This document shows positions 1 through 8,576 of a DNA stretch of 62,394 nt, piece by piece. The stretch spans positions 1 through 62,394 of the IMG/VR virus record IMGVR_UViG_3300036805_000178. One strand, 5' to 3'. Below the pieces are notes generated by a model. The model was given only the letters and a program-made list of their open reading frames with translations. It was not told the origin of the DNA and made no database searches. The translations under genes and the position numbers were made by a program. The DNA comes from a virus. Lineage: Duplodnaviria > Caudoviricetes. Within the stretch, counting starts at the first letter, position 1; every line of letters starts with the position of its first letter.

Positions 1-910
1 TGCCGAGCCACCCCGTGTCGCTCTCGGTGTCGGCAGGAGTGGGGCAGTATCCGCCGCAGGGGCCGGCGCAGAATCCACCGGCGTCGTGGAAGTACCACGC
101 ACATCCGCAGGAGGGGCAGCTATCGGCGTCGGCAAGAGGCTCATGACCGCGCTCGGAAGCATGAGATCCCCCGACGAGCCGCGCTGATTCGGGCCGCCCT
201 TCGTTCCGTCGGTCGCCCTGGGTGTCGGCAGGAGCGCCCCGTGCAGGCACGAGGCGTCGTTTCGCTGATTCGGGCCCTTGCCGTCGCGGGAGGTCGGTGT
301 CGGCGGCAGGTGCTCGATCTCGTCGGCCAGCGTCGGCCCGTGCCCGCCCGCCTTCCGCTTCTCCGGGTGCTGCGAGCCGCCGTTCACCGCGAGCTGCGCT
401 GTCGGCGTCTTGAGCAAGCCGGGCGATGATGAAGACTCGCTCGCGTCGGTGCGGGGCGCCGGCGTCGGAAGCTCGTAGAAGCCGGAAGCGTCCCACGTAG
501 CCGAGCGCGGCCAGGCCGTGAACGACTCGGGCCATAGCGTCCCCGCCGTTTGCAGACAGCAGCCCATAGACGTTTTCGAACACGAGCAGCCGGGGCGGTG
601 TGACCATGTGGCCAACAGCCGTGCAGATGTCATCGAACAGCCACCGTTCGTCGTCGGTGCCGCGGCGCTTGCCCGCGGCGCTGACCGGCTGGCACGGAAA
701 GCCGGCGGTGAGGATGTCGACCGGTTCGGCTGCCGACCAGTCGGCAGAGGTGATGTCACCGAAATTGGGCACGTCCGGGAAGCGGTGAGCGAGGATCTTT
801 GACGCGCCGGGGTCGAGGTCGGCCACCCAGGCGAGCTCGCCGCCGAGCACCGAGTGCACGGCCAGGTCCAGCCCCCCGAAGCCGGTGCAAAGCGAGCCGA
901 TGCGCGTCAT
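1..910 (-). CDS. C5 cytosine DNA methyltransferase (runs off left edge)
   Basis: Manual translation from ATG 910: MTRIGSLCTGFGGLDLAV (motif I), ILTAGFPCQPVSAAG (catalytic PC), FENVYGL (ENV), PHRRERVF (motif VIII). Confidence 0.92.
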   Translation of the reverse strand, partial: MTRIGSLCTGFGGLDLAVHSVLGGELAWVADLDPGASKILAHRFPDVPNFGDITSADWSAAEPVDILTAGFPCQPVSAAGKRRGTDDERWLFDDICTAVGHMVTPPRLLVFENVYGLLSANGGDAMARVVHGLAALGYVGRFRLLRASDAGAPHRRERVFIIARLAQDADSAARGERRLAAPGEAEGGRARADAGRRDRAPAADTDLPRRQGPESAKRRLVPARGAPADTQGDRRNEGRPESARLVGGSHASERGHEPLADADSCPSCGCAWYFHDAGGFCAGPCGGYCPTPADTESDTGWLG

Positions 911-921
911 GAGGCACCTGC

Positions 922-967
922 TTGACAGGTGGTATTGCCACCGCGTACGGTGGTGGTATTGCCACCG
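922..967 (+). promoter_or_regulatory. Sigma70-type promoter with two 16-bp operator repeats
   Basis: TTGACA (922-927)-N18-TACGGT (946-951); GGTGGTATTGCCACCG at 928-943 and 952-967, each quasi-palindromic. Confidence 0.75.
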
Positions 968-984
968 AGCGAAGGAGTACGAAA

Positions 985-1170
985 ATGACCTGCAAGTTCA
1001 TCCCCACGACCGACCTGAAGACCGGCCACCGCACGGTCCTCGGAACCGTCACCGAGACCAAGGTCAGCCCGTCCGGCAAGACCATGGTCATCACCGTCAG
1101 CCGCGCCGACGGCAGCACCTTCACCGACCGGATCTCCACGGCCGGCAAGTCCGCGGTCTTCACCGGCTAG
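985..1170 (+). CDS. Small hypothetical protein (moron)
   Basis: AAGGAG RBS, ATG 985, high GC3 codon usage. Confidence 0.7.
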   Translation: MTCKFIPTTDLKTGHRTVLGTVTETKVSPSGKTMVITVSRADGSTFTDRISTAGKSAVFTG

Positions 1171-1209
1171 AACACCGCCCGGCAGCCCGGACGCCGAGAG
1201 GAACAGGAA

Positions 1210-1425
1210 ATGGACAGCGTTCTCATCGCCCACGTAGCCGACTCGATCGAGCGCATCAGCGGCGGAGAGGCCGGCAACTACGACGCGACCGCCGACTTCG
1301 CTAACGAGCTGCTGCTCGACAACGCCGAAGTGCGGAATGCGGCGGCCGCCTACATGGCCGGCACTGTCGAGGAGGCCCGGCTCGACGAGGTTGTCGGCCG
1401 CGCCGCCGCGAAGACGGGCAAGTAG
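1210..1425 (+). CDS. Small acidic hypothetical protein (moron)
   Basis: RBS-like GAGGAACAGGAA, typical codon usage. Confidence 0.7.
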   Translation: MDSVLIAHVADSIERISGGEAGNYDATADFANELLLDNAEVRNAAAAYMAGTVEEARLDEVVGRAAAKTGK

Positions 1426-1426
1426 C

Positions 1427-1636
1427 GTGCCGAGCGTCCACAAGTACCCGCCGGTCGCGTACCGGCCGCCGGTAGAGGTCCGGGGACGGCTCACGGCGGA
1501 GGCTGAGCAGACAGGGCTCGCGGTTAGCGCGATCATCACACAGGCATTGCGTGAGCACTTCTCGTCAGTCGCCGGCAGCACAAGGGAAGGCGCGCCAGCA
1601 GCGTGCCCGGTCACAGGTCACCCGCAAGGTCAGTGA
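1427..1636 (+). CDS. Ribbon-helix-helix/Arc-like DNA-binding protein
   Basis: VAYRPPVEVRGRLTAEAEQTGLAVSAIITQALREHF strand-helix-helix pattern; GTG 1 nt after upstream stop. Confidence 0.65.
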   Translation: MPSVHKYPPVAYRPPVEVRGRLTAEAEQTGLAVSAIITQALREHFSSVAGSTREGAPAACPVTGHPQGQ

Positions 1637-2354
1637 TGACCATCCGCAGCCGGCCTTTGCGGACCGGGGTGTCGCTGATCTCGGCGAAGACGCGCTTAAC
1701 GTGCCGGCGCCCGTCCAGCCCGACTACGCGCGGCCCGGCGCTGCCGGCGACAACTTTGGTCGGCAGGATGACCAGCGCTACGCCGTCGAGAAGCCCCTTC
1801 AGCGTGGGCGCGAGGTTATCGGCGTCGCGTTCGTCCCGGTTATCCGGCGGGTCGTAGATGATGCCGAACTCGATCCGCTGCAGCTTCGGCAGCCGCGCCT
1901 GGCGGGTTACCACGACCGCGGCGTTCTTCAGTGCCTGCATTTTCTGGTGGCGGGCCATGTGGTGATCCCGGTCGTTGAGGGTCACCAGCTGGAGGCCCGC
2001 AGGGAGCTCGATCACCCACTGGCTTCCGGTGGAACCGCCGGGAAGCGCGGCGCTGGCTCGCTGCGCGCCCCCCGGCGGCGTTGCGGCACCCGGGGAAGCG
2101 GGCGTCCGCATGCGCGCTTCCCCGGGTGCGTTTCCCCCCCCGCCTGAGCCGGCCCCTGTCGGCTCAGGCGGGGACGTGAGTGCCTCCCTCTCGCCCACGG
2201 GGGGAGGCGAGAGGGAGGCGGTGCCCCGGGCGGGGGCGGGGTGGCGTCCGCCCGGATCTGCGGCGGCGGATGGGGTGGCCGCCGCAGCATGCCCCGGGTC
2301 AGCGGAGGGGGTGGTGATTCCGCTGACCCGGGCGTCTTCAGTGAACGCGGTCAC
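1611..2354 (-). CDS. RusA-like Holliday junction resolvase (start uncertain; ATG 2111 is an alternative)
   Basis: RDADNLAPTLKGLLDG RusA-type D-x-D-N...K...D motif; Pro/Ala-rich N-terminal extension. Confidence 0.7.
   Translation of the reverse strand: MTAFTEDARVSGITTPSADPGHAAAATPSAAADPGGRHPAPARGTASLSPPPVGEREALTSPPEPTGAGSGGGGNAPGEARMRTPASPGAATPPGGAQRASAALPGGSTGSQWVIELPAGLQLVTLNDRDHHMARHQKMQALKNAAVVVTRQARLPKLQRIEFGIIYDPPDNRDERDADNLAPTLKGLLDGVALVILPTKVVAGSAGPRVVGLDGRRHVKRVFAEISDTPVRKGRLRMVITDLAGDL
2086..2332. repeat. Array of six adjacent perfect inverted repeats (hairpins)
   Basis: Stems 2086-2100/2115-2129, 2138-2151/2160-2173, 2182-2195/2206-2219, 2226-2233/2248-2255, 2258-2267/2278-2287, 2293-2306/2319-2332. 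Confidence 0.85.
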
Positions 2355-2586
2355 GGGGAGTGCCTCCGCCGGGGATGAGCATGGTCGGCAGGTCCGATCC
2401 GAGCGCCGCGGCGATCTTCCCGGCGGTGACCAGGGTGGTGCTGCCGAGCCCGTTCTCGACGGTGCCGATGCTGTTCGGGTCGACTCCGGCGAGGCGGCCG
2501 AGCCCGGTCCGGGACAGTCCCTTCCCGGTGCGCAGGCGGTGCAGGTTCGCGGCGAAAACAGCCGTTACCGGGTCAGCGGCGGTCAC
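2338..2586 (-). CDS. XRE-family HTH protein
   Basis: FAANLHRLRTGKGLSRTGLGRLAGVDPNSIGTVENG...IAAALG. Confidence 0.85.
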   Translation of the reverse strand: MTAADPVTAVFAANLHRLRTGKGLSRTGLGRLAGVDPNSIGTVENGLGSTTLVTAGKIAAALGSDLPTMLIPGGGTPRDRVH

Positions 2587-2969
2587 GGCCGCCTCCCCCG
2601 GCGAGCATCCTGCCCAGCAGCCAGGCCGGCGCCCGCAGCGGGCGGGTGCACCAGCCGGCGAGCCGCTCAGCCGGCCCCGGCCCCCCGTGCGCCCAGTCGT
2701 TGTTCCGCTCCAGGTGCCGGGCATCGCGGGCCAGTGACCGCAGTTCCGGGTCGGCCCTGACGGTCAGCGGGAACAGGCGGGCGAACTCCCTGCCCGCCTT
2801 CACGTGTCGCGCCTCTCGTCCAGTGACCGGAAGTCGGACTGCCCGCCGTTGTCCTGCCCGCCGTTGTCCTGCACGGCGCGGCGGACAGCCTCGTCGTGCG
2901 GCGGGACATCACCCGGCTGGCGGGAGAGCCAGCCGCCGCACAGCCAGCGGATCAGGGTCTTGACAGCAC

Positions 2970-3512
2970 TCATGCGGCCGCCTCCTCAGGAGCTTCAGGT
3001 GAGTAGCGGCCATCGGCGGTCAGCCACACGAGCCGGCCCGGTCCGTCACCGGAAGCCACCCACACCGGGACACTGGCCGGGTTCTGCCAGCTGCGCAGCG
3101 TGTACCCCCTGGCCTCGTCGGCCGGGTCGCGCCGGCTGTCGATCCGGGCATGGTGCCCGGTGGTTCCGGAACCGCTTACAGTGACCAGGTTGGACATGGA
3201 ATTGTCCCCGCCCTGGCTGCGGCGCTTACGGTGCTGGATGCTGTACTGGCGGCCGATGACGCTGATCCCGCAGCAGACGCACAGGTAGCCGTCACGTTCC
3301 ATGACGAGCTTGCGGGTGCGCGCGTCCGGGCCGGTGTCCCGCTTGCGCGGCACCGCCGGGAGGACCAGCCGCGGGGGCATTGCGGGCTTGCGGACGTGAA
3401 CCAGCCCGCACGGGCACGACTCGTCCAGGGTCGCCCCGGGGGCGGCCAGGAACGCCTTGGAGTGCAGGGCGTCCCCGACGGTGGCGAATCCCTTCCGGTG
3501 CGGGAGACTCAC
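2970..3512 (-). CDS. HNH endonuclease
   Basis: RDGYLCVCCG...QHRKRRSQGGDNSMSNLVTV...GHHARID. Confidence 0.85.
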   Translation of the reverse strand: MSLPHRKGFATVGDALHSKAFLAAPGATLDESCPCGLVHVRKPAMPPRLVLPAVPRKRDTGPDARTRKLVMERDGYLCVCCGISVIGRQYSIQHRKRRSQGGDNSMSNLVTVSGSGTTGHHARIDSRRDPADEARGYTLRSWQNPASVPVWVASGDGPGRLVWLTADGRYSPEAPEEAAA

Positions 3513-3754
3513 GGCGCACCCCCGGGCCTGCGGGACAGGTCCCGCGGGTCGCCGCCCCGGCCGGACAGGTCAACCACCTGAACCGGGGTCGTGTCCGGGT
3601 CGAGGCCGCCCGCGCGCAGCAGGCAGGCGAAGCACACCCCTGACGTGAGGCCGTGCGCGCCGTAGCAGTCGTCCTCTGGCGTGCACGTGTACTCGCGCCC
3701 GCAGCCGGAGCAGGTCACCTGCTGCCAGAGGGGATTGAAGACGGGAAGCGTCAT
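3509..3754 (-). CDS. Small Cys-rich (Zn-binding) protein
   Basis: CSGC...CFAC; overlapping start/stop with neighbours. Confidence 0.6.
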   Translation of the reverse strand: MTLPVFNPLWQQVTCSGCGREYTCTPEDDCYGAHGLTSGVCFACLLRAGGLDPDTTPVQVVDLSGRGGDPRDLSRRPGGAP

Positions 3755-4125
3755 CACCGCACCCCCGCCGCGTTGTACATCGCCCGCACCGAATTCAGCA
3801 CCGACTGCCAGGCGAGCAGTTCCTTCTCCAGTGCCTTCGCGGTCCGCTCCGCATGCCGGAATGCGATCTCGGCGGTATCGGATTCCTCCCGCTGGCCCAT
3901 CGTGAGGATGTCCGCCTCGTAGCGGCGGGCGTGCGCGGGAAGATCCTCGGCACGCTTGTACGCCTGCGCGAACGCGAGGTCGAAGTTCCGCCTGGCCGCC
4001 CGGGCCTTCCGCTCCGCCTCGGTCACGACCTGTACGCCCCGGGCGATCCGGTTGACGCACTCGGTGATGTTCGCCTCAACGGCGGCCGGGTTGATGACCG
4101 GGGTTTCCGTGACCGTCTCACCCAT
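3754..4125 (-). CDS. Helical coiled-coil phage protein of the recombination cluster
   Basis: AGGAGG RBS; all-helical sequence; position beside recombination genes. Confidence 0.7.
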   Translation of the reverse strand: MGETVTETPVINPAAVEANITECVNRIARGVQVVTEAERKARAARRNFDLAFAQAYKRAEDLPAHARRYEADILTMGQREESDTAEIAFRHAERTAKALEKELLAWQSVLNSVRAMYNAAGVR

Positions 4126-5134
4126 CGGGCTCACCTCCTGCCGTGAGGTTCCAGGCGTCCGTCAGGGCTGACTTGAGGTCCATCCACACGTCGCGGACGC
4201 ACACCGAGTCCTCCAGGCACCTGGCCGCCTTGGCCTCCTCGATCAGCGCCCGGACCTCGTCCCGGCTGGCGGCCGCGGAGGCGTCGGCGATCTGCTGGGC
4301 GGTACGCGGGGCAGCCGCCGGGGTTCGCGCCGGGGGAACCTGCGGCGCGGCCGCGGCTATCGCCCGGCGCTGTTCCCCCGGCGCCGGGGGAAGCTGCGCG
4401 GCCACCCCGCCCGCCGCCAGCTCACCGGAGGCGATCTGGCGGAACGTGGCGGTGATCTCCAGCACCGGAACGGGGAACTTCTTCGTCTGCCCGCCCGCAA
4501 CCCGCTGCCGCTGGTCGATCCGCAGGACCGCCGGCAGGAACACGCCCTGGTTCCTGGCTGCCTCGAGCAGCGCGGCGGCATCGCCGATCTCGGAGGCCGC
4601 GTAGAACGAGTGCGTGTCGAGCCGGAACACTCCCAGGCCGGGCAGGTCGGGGATCATCACGTTAACCCGGGTGACCAGACTGCAGGCTTGCGGCGGGCTC
4701 TGCTTCGCCATCCCGGCCCGCTGGAGCGCGGCCCGCTGCACCTCCCCGGCGTCATCCGGGTCATCGGCGTGCGGGCACAGGCAGGGGCCGCCGGCGATCT
4801 GCTCGCGCTGGCTGTTGCACCGCCTGACGCAGCCGCCCGCGTTCCACATCTCGTAAAACTGGGAAACCACGGCGTCGCGCGGGGGCACCATGACGGCGAT
4901 CTCGGACAGTTTGGTGTCCACGTCCCACTGCCCGTTCCACGGCCGCGCCTCGCTGCCGAATGCCCCGGCGGCGGCGAGGGCCATGAAGCGGGACGCGGTG
5001 GTGAGCCGGAATGTCTCACGGCGCGCGGGCCGGGTCTTGCCGGTGTCCTTGCCGTCCCTGATCACGGCGACCAGGTCGCCGATCCTGAGCCGTCCGATCT
5101 GCTGGCCCTTGCGCTGGAGGTCGAGGACGCTCAT
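4118..5134 (-). CDS. phiC31 gp3-like recombination directionality factor family protein
   Basis: IGRLRIG, FRLTT, SQFYEMWNAGGCVRRC, TRVNVMIPDLPGLGVFRLDTHSFYAA resemble the gp3/RDF-like family. Confidence 0.75.
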   Translation of the reverse strand: MSVLDLQRKGQQIGRLRIGDLVAVIRDGKDTGKTRPARRETFRLTTASRFMALAAAGAFGSEARPWNGQWDVDTKLSEIAVMVPPRDAVVSQFYEMWNAGGCVRRCNSQREQIAGGPCLCPHADDPDDAGEVQRAALQRAGMAKQSPPQACSLVTRVNVMIPDLPGLGVFRLDTHSFYAASEIGDAAALLEAARNQGVFLPAVLRIDQRQRVAGGQTKKFPVPVLEITATFRQIASGELAAGGVAAQLPPAPGEQRRAIAAAAPQVPPARTPAAAPRTAQQIADASAAASRDEVRALIEEAKAARCLEDSVCVRDVWMDLKSALTDAWNLTAGGEPDG

Positions 5135-6300
5135 GCCGCCGCCCCCGTGCTCTCCCGCACAGCATTCAGAACCGGCAGCAGTTCCTCGCCCTTGAGGTAC
5201 AGCCCGTGGTCGGCGAGCATGACGCGCGCGCCCTTGACCGCTGCGCCGCCGATGTGCCTGACCGCGAGGAGCTGCCCGGCGGTCATCGCGGCGAGCTGCT
5301 CGAGGTCGATGTCCCCGAGTCCCGCCCTGATGAACGAGCCGACCGTGCGGCCGTAGCCCTCGCCGTCCAGGTCGGCGACGAGAGGCTGCCGGATCGTCCC
5401 GTCCGCCCGCAGCGGGTAGCAGACCTTGCCCGGCTTTGCCTTCGCGGCCTTGCGGCCCTCGAAGATCTCCGCGGCCCGGCGGAACCGGTTCCACGCCGCG
5501 GCGTCGTCGGCACCGGAGATCAGCATGAAGCGGTAGCCGCGCGGGTACTCCGGCCGCAGGTGCAGGACCGCCCCGCACTCGGTCTCCGGGGCCGGCAGCA
5601 TCTCGCCCGTGCGCAGCAGGCACTCGGGGCAGCGCCGGTAGACGCCGACCTGCTCGGGCCAGGTCACGCTGAGGTACTTGCCGGTCTTCACGTCGACGCA
5701 GCACCGCACGCCGGAGCCGGGAACGAACCTGCCGGCGCGGCCGACCGCCAGGCCCGGCAACTCGGCGATGCAGTCCAGTGTCCCGGCTACCCGCAGCAGC
5801 GGGTGGAAGACGGTCATCTCAGCGGCGAGGAACTCCGGGTTGAAGTCGGAGACCCAGTTGAGGTAGCCCCAGATCATCCAGTCGATAACCTTGTCAACGG
5901 GCTCCTCGTCGTACCTCGCGTTCTGCAGGTGGTCCGGTCGCAGCGGCAGGGACAGGTCCCCGCCGCGCCCGTCAGGGGACGCCTGCCATAGGACCAGTGC
6001 CTCGGCGACGTCGTGGACGTAACCGCCGGTGTCCCGCTTAACGCCCCGGATCCGCTCGGCTTCCTTTTTCGCGAGCCCGACCGCCTCGGCGCGGCCGAGC
6101 ACCTGCCTGAGTCCCGCCAGGTCGCGCAGGTGGTCGACCGCGTACTCGGCGGCGATCCCGGCCGACCAGCCGGTCAGCCACGGCTTGCCCTCGGTGCCGC
6201 TCAGGATCGTGGTCACCGACGGGAACATCTCGCCCGTCGGCGGGTACAGGTACTCGCGGGAGCCGTCCTCGTGCGTGTCGGCGGCGGCGGGGTTACTCAT
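5131..6300 (-). CDS. PD-(D/E)XK exonuclease with C-terminal HhH/alpha-CTD-like domain
   Basis: PSVTTILS, GGYVH, AGTLDCI, VDVKTG, EQVGVY motifs. Confidence 0.85.
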   Translation of the reverse strand: MSNPAAADTHEDGSREYLYPPTGEMFPSVTTILSGTEGKPWLTGWSAGIAAEYAVDHLRDLAGLRQVLGRAEAVGLAKKEAERIRGVKRDTGGYVHDVAEALVLWQASPDGRGGDLSLPLRPDHLQNARYDEEPVDKVIDWMIWGYLNWVSDFNPEFLAAEMTVFHPLLRVAGTLDCIAELPGLAVGRAGRFVPGSGVRCCVDVKTGKYLSVTWPEQVGVYRRCPECLLRTGEMLPAPETECGAVLHLRPEYPRGYRFMLISGADDAAAWNRFRRAAEIFEGRKAAKAKPGKVCYPLRADGTIRQPLVADLDGEGYGRTVGSFIRAGLGDIDLEQLAAMTAGQLLAVRHIGGAAVKGARVMLADHGLYLKGEELLPVLNAVRESTGAAA

Positions 6301-6578
6301 TGCACAGCCTCCGCCCCGGCGAGCCCGAGCACGCACGCCGTGTACGCGGCCAGCGCCTCAGCCTCGGTCGCCGCGTTCTCCACGGCGTCGATCCCGGCGT
6401 TCACGTCGGCGGCGTCCGCCAGGCGCTGCCCGCAGATCTCGCAGCGGTCGCTCAGCGATGCGGTGCACTCGCTGCACGACAGCGGGGGAAGCAGCCCGAA
6501 CGCGAGGGAGTCGAGCAGCGAAACCAGCCGCTCCCGCCAGGAGATACGCGCGGGCGGGGCCGCGAGGATGCCGTTCAC
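6297..6578 (-). CDS. Hypothetical protein with two CxxC
   Basis: CSEC...CEIC; coupled overlaps. Confidence 0.55.
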   Translation of the reverse strand: MNGILAAPPARISWRERLVSLLDSLAFGLLPPLSCSECTASLSDRCEICGQRLADAADVNAGIDAVENAATEAEALAAYTACVLGLAGAEAVQ

Positions 6579-6886
6579 GCTGCCGCCCCAGACTCACCGA
6601 ACGGGGAAATCATGTGCAGGCTGAGCGCGTCACCTTCGACAGACGCGAGGATCACGTCCCGGATCGTGTCGTGCAGGTTCGGGTAGATGTCGATGAAGTC
6701 GAGCCGGTGCAGCGCCGCTGCCGTGTTCCCGAACGGGACGTAACCCGGCTGGCGGGCCATCATCACGGCCTCGTAAAAGGCGATTTGGTCGGTTTCGAGC
6801 AGGTGCCGCAGGGTGATGGTCACAGACGTAACCAGCGGCTCGGAAACCGCAGCCCCAGTACGGAGCCGGGAAATCTTGATGTTCAC
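6575..6886 (-). CDS. Hypothetical protein
   Basis: GTGA overlaps on both sides. Confidence 0.6.
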   Translation of the reverse strand: MNIKISRLRTGAAVSEPLVTSVTITLRHLLETDQIAFYEAVMMARQPGYVPFGNTAAALHRLDFIDIYPNLHDTIRDVILASVEGDALSLHMISPFGESGAAA

Positions 6887-7740
6887 GCTGCCGCCCCGTT
6901 CTGCCCGGCGGTCATCGCGGGCAGGTCGAGGTACCCGGCGATGCCGGCCTCGTCAGCGACGTCCGCGAGCCGCAGTGCGGTCCGGTAGTCCGGGGCGGCC
7001 AGGACCGCCTCGTGCAGCCGCCGGTACGCGCCCGCCTTCGCCGGGTCGGTGTCCTCGAACGCCCGCACGTGGCCGGCCACGACATCGGCGAGCCGCGCGT
7101 GCCGCTCGTCGGCGGCGGGCAGCGCCTGCAGCGGCCAGATCCCGGTACCGGTCGTGCCGGTGATCTCGCTGACCCGCGCCATCAGGGCGCCGTAGTCGCG
7201 GAAGGTGGCGTGCATGTCGCGGCCGGGGTAGGCCAGGGCGCACAGCTGGTGCCATGCTTCCATCGCAGCCTCGGCTTGCTCGCCGGGCGGCGTGAACTGC
7301 CATTCCCCGCAGGCCTGGTAATACCAGAGTTCGGCGGGGTCTTCCGGCTGCCGTTCGCGGCGGTTGCGGGGCGCGTACGGGCGGGGCCGTTCGCCGTGCT
7401 CGTCGAACGGGGGCGCCCATGCCGCAGTGTGCTGCATCCCCACCGGGCGCCGCACCGGGCGCTGCGGCCGCGGCTGCTGCACCGGGTGCGCGTACGGGTG
7501 GGCGCCGCGCGGGCTGAACTGCGGAACGTCTTCCGGCGGGACAGCGCCGGGCGGGACACCGGCCGGGAGAACCAGCTGCGGGCCGGAGGCGGCGCGCCCG
7601 GCCGCGATCTGCGCGGCGGGAACGGGAATTGCGGCCCAGTCCGGGTCCGGCACCGGGGCGATGGCCTCGGTTACCGACTCCTCGTCCCGGCCGTGGCGGG
7701 GAGCCTTCCGGCTGCTGCGGAACATGGCTGAGAGGCTCAC
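6883..7740 (-). CDS. Hypothetical protein, Pro-rich N-terminus
   Basis: Coupled to neighbours, high GC3. Confidence 0.6.
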   Translation of the reverse strand: MSLSAMFRSSRKAPRHGRDEESVTEAIAPVPDPDWAAIPVPAAQIAAGRAASGPQLVLPAGVPPGAVPPEDVPQFSPRGAHPYAHPVQQPRPQRPVRRPVGMQHTAAWAPPFDEHGERPRPYAPRNRRERQPEDPAELWYYQACGEWQFTPPGEQAEAAMEAWHQLCALAYPGRDMHATFRDYGALMARVSEITGTTGTGIWPLQALPAADERHARLADVVAGHVRAFEDTDPAKAGAYRRLHEAVLAAPDYRTALRLADVADEAGIAGYLDLPAMTAGQNGAAA

Positions 7741-8030
7741 GCTGCGCTCCGCTCGGCCAGCGGGCGGACGTAGACGACGGTGACCTCGGCGGACTTCACC
7801 GAGTACCGGGTGAGGTACAGGTTGCCCTGGGCGATCCACATCGCCGGGCGGTTCCAGGCCGGGTGCGCGGCGACCGCGTCAACGGCCCGCACCGTGTCGA
7901 CGTGGACGGTGATCTGGCTGTAGCTGCTGGCGTCCTCGCCGGCCGCGTCCGCGATTGCCCGGGCGAGGGCGGTCATCTTGTCGGCTTCGCCGAGGTCCCG
8001 GTCAAGCCCGGTGACGGAAAGATCTAGCAT
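7737..8030 (-). CDS. Hypothetical protein
   Basis: AAGGGG RBS, ATG start. Confidence 0.65.
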   Translation of the reverse strand: MLDLSVTGLDRDLGEADKMTALARAIADAAGEDASSYSQITVHVDTVRAVDAVAAHPAWNRPAMWIAQGNLYLTRYSVKSAEVTVVYVRPLAERSAA

Positions 8031-8113
8031 CGGTGCCCCTTCATGGATTTGTTACAATGGCCGGTAGCGGTGTCCCGCTGCCCGGGCGTGTGCGCGTCCG
8101 GGCTTCACCGTTT

Positions 8114-8368
8114 TCAGGCGGCCTTTACGCGGCCTGCCGCGACTTCCGGCTCGCTGTCGTCGTCTCTGAGGATCTGGTCGACCTGGACGCCGAGCTCGCG
8201 GGAGATCTTCACCAGCAGGCCGATGCCGGCCGGCCGGTTGCCGAGCTCGATGTTGTAGAGCGACTGGAGCCGGATGCCGACGCGCCCGGCCAGGTCGGTC
8301 GCGGTGATGTCGCGCGCCTTGCGGATCCGCCTGATGGCGGATCCGTCCTGGCTTCCATGCTGCTGCAT
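8114..8368 (-). CDS. Cro-like XRE HTH protein
   Basis: AIRRIRKARDITATDLAGRVGIRLQSLYNIELG; divergent from repressor. Confidence 0.85.
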   Translation of the reverse strand: MQQHGSQDGSAIRRIRKARDITATDLAGRVGIRLQSLYNIELGNRPAGIGLLVKISRELGVQVDQILRDDDSEPEVAAGRVKAA

Positions 8369-8374
8369 GTGGAA

Positions 8375-8404
8375 ACAGTAGGAGTCAGACGGAGCTGATG
8401 TCAA
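8375..8404 (-). promoter_or_regulatory. Early leftward promoter, probably leaderless mRNA
   Basis: Minus strand TTGACA (8404-8399)-N18-TACTGT (8380-8375), 6 nt before ATG 8368. Confidence 0.75.
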
Positions 8405-8576
8405 CTGATTCCCTGTGAGTGTCCCCTAATGTACGATCACGATTGGGACCGAGGTTGCGGGGAGTCGCACGACTCGTGCACGGGCGGTGCGTATGATTCA
8501 TGAGGAATCAGAGCTTGACGGCTCCGCCTGGTACGCAGACGCTCCTGATGTCCGGCGAAACGAAAGGTCCCGCCCC

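Noticed and set aside
2849-2882. 15-bp tandem duplication (QDNGG x2); also the 12-bp repeat near 41959-41988
   Set aside because: Two-copy in-frame slippage duplications with no further structure
8545-8570. Hammerhead-like CTGATG...CGAAA
   Set aside because: The core should be CUGANGA with flanking stems; here it is CTGATGT without convincing stems
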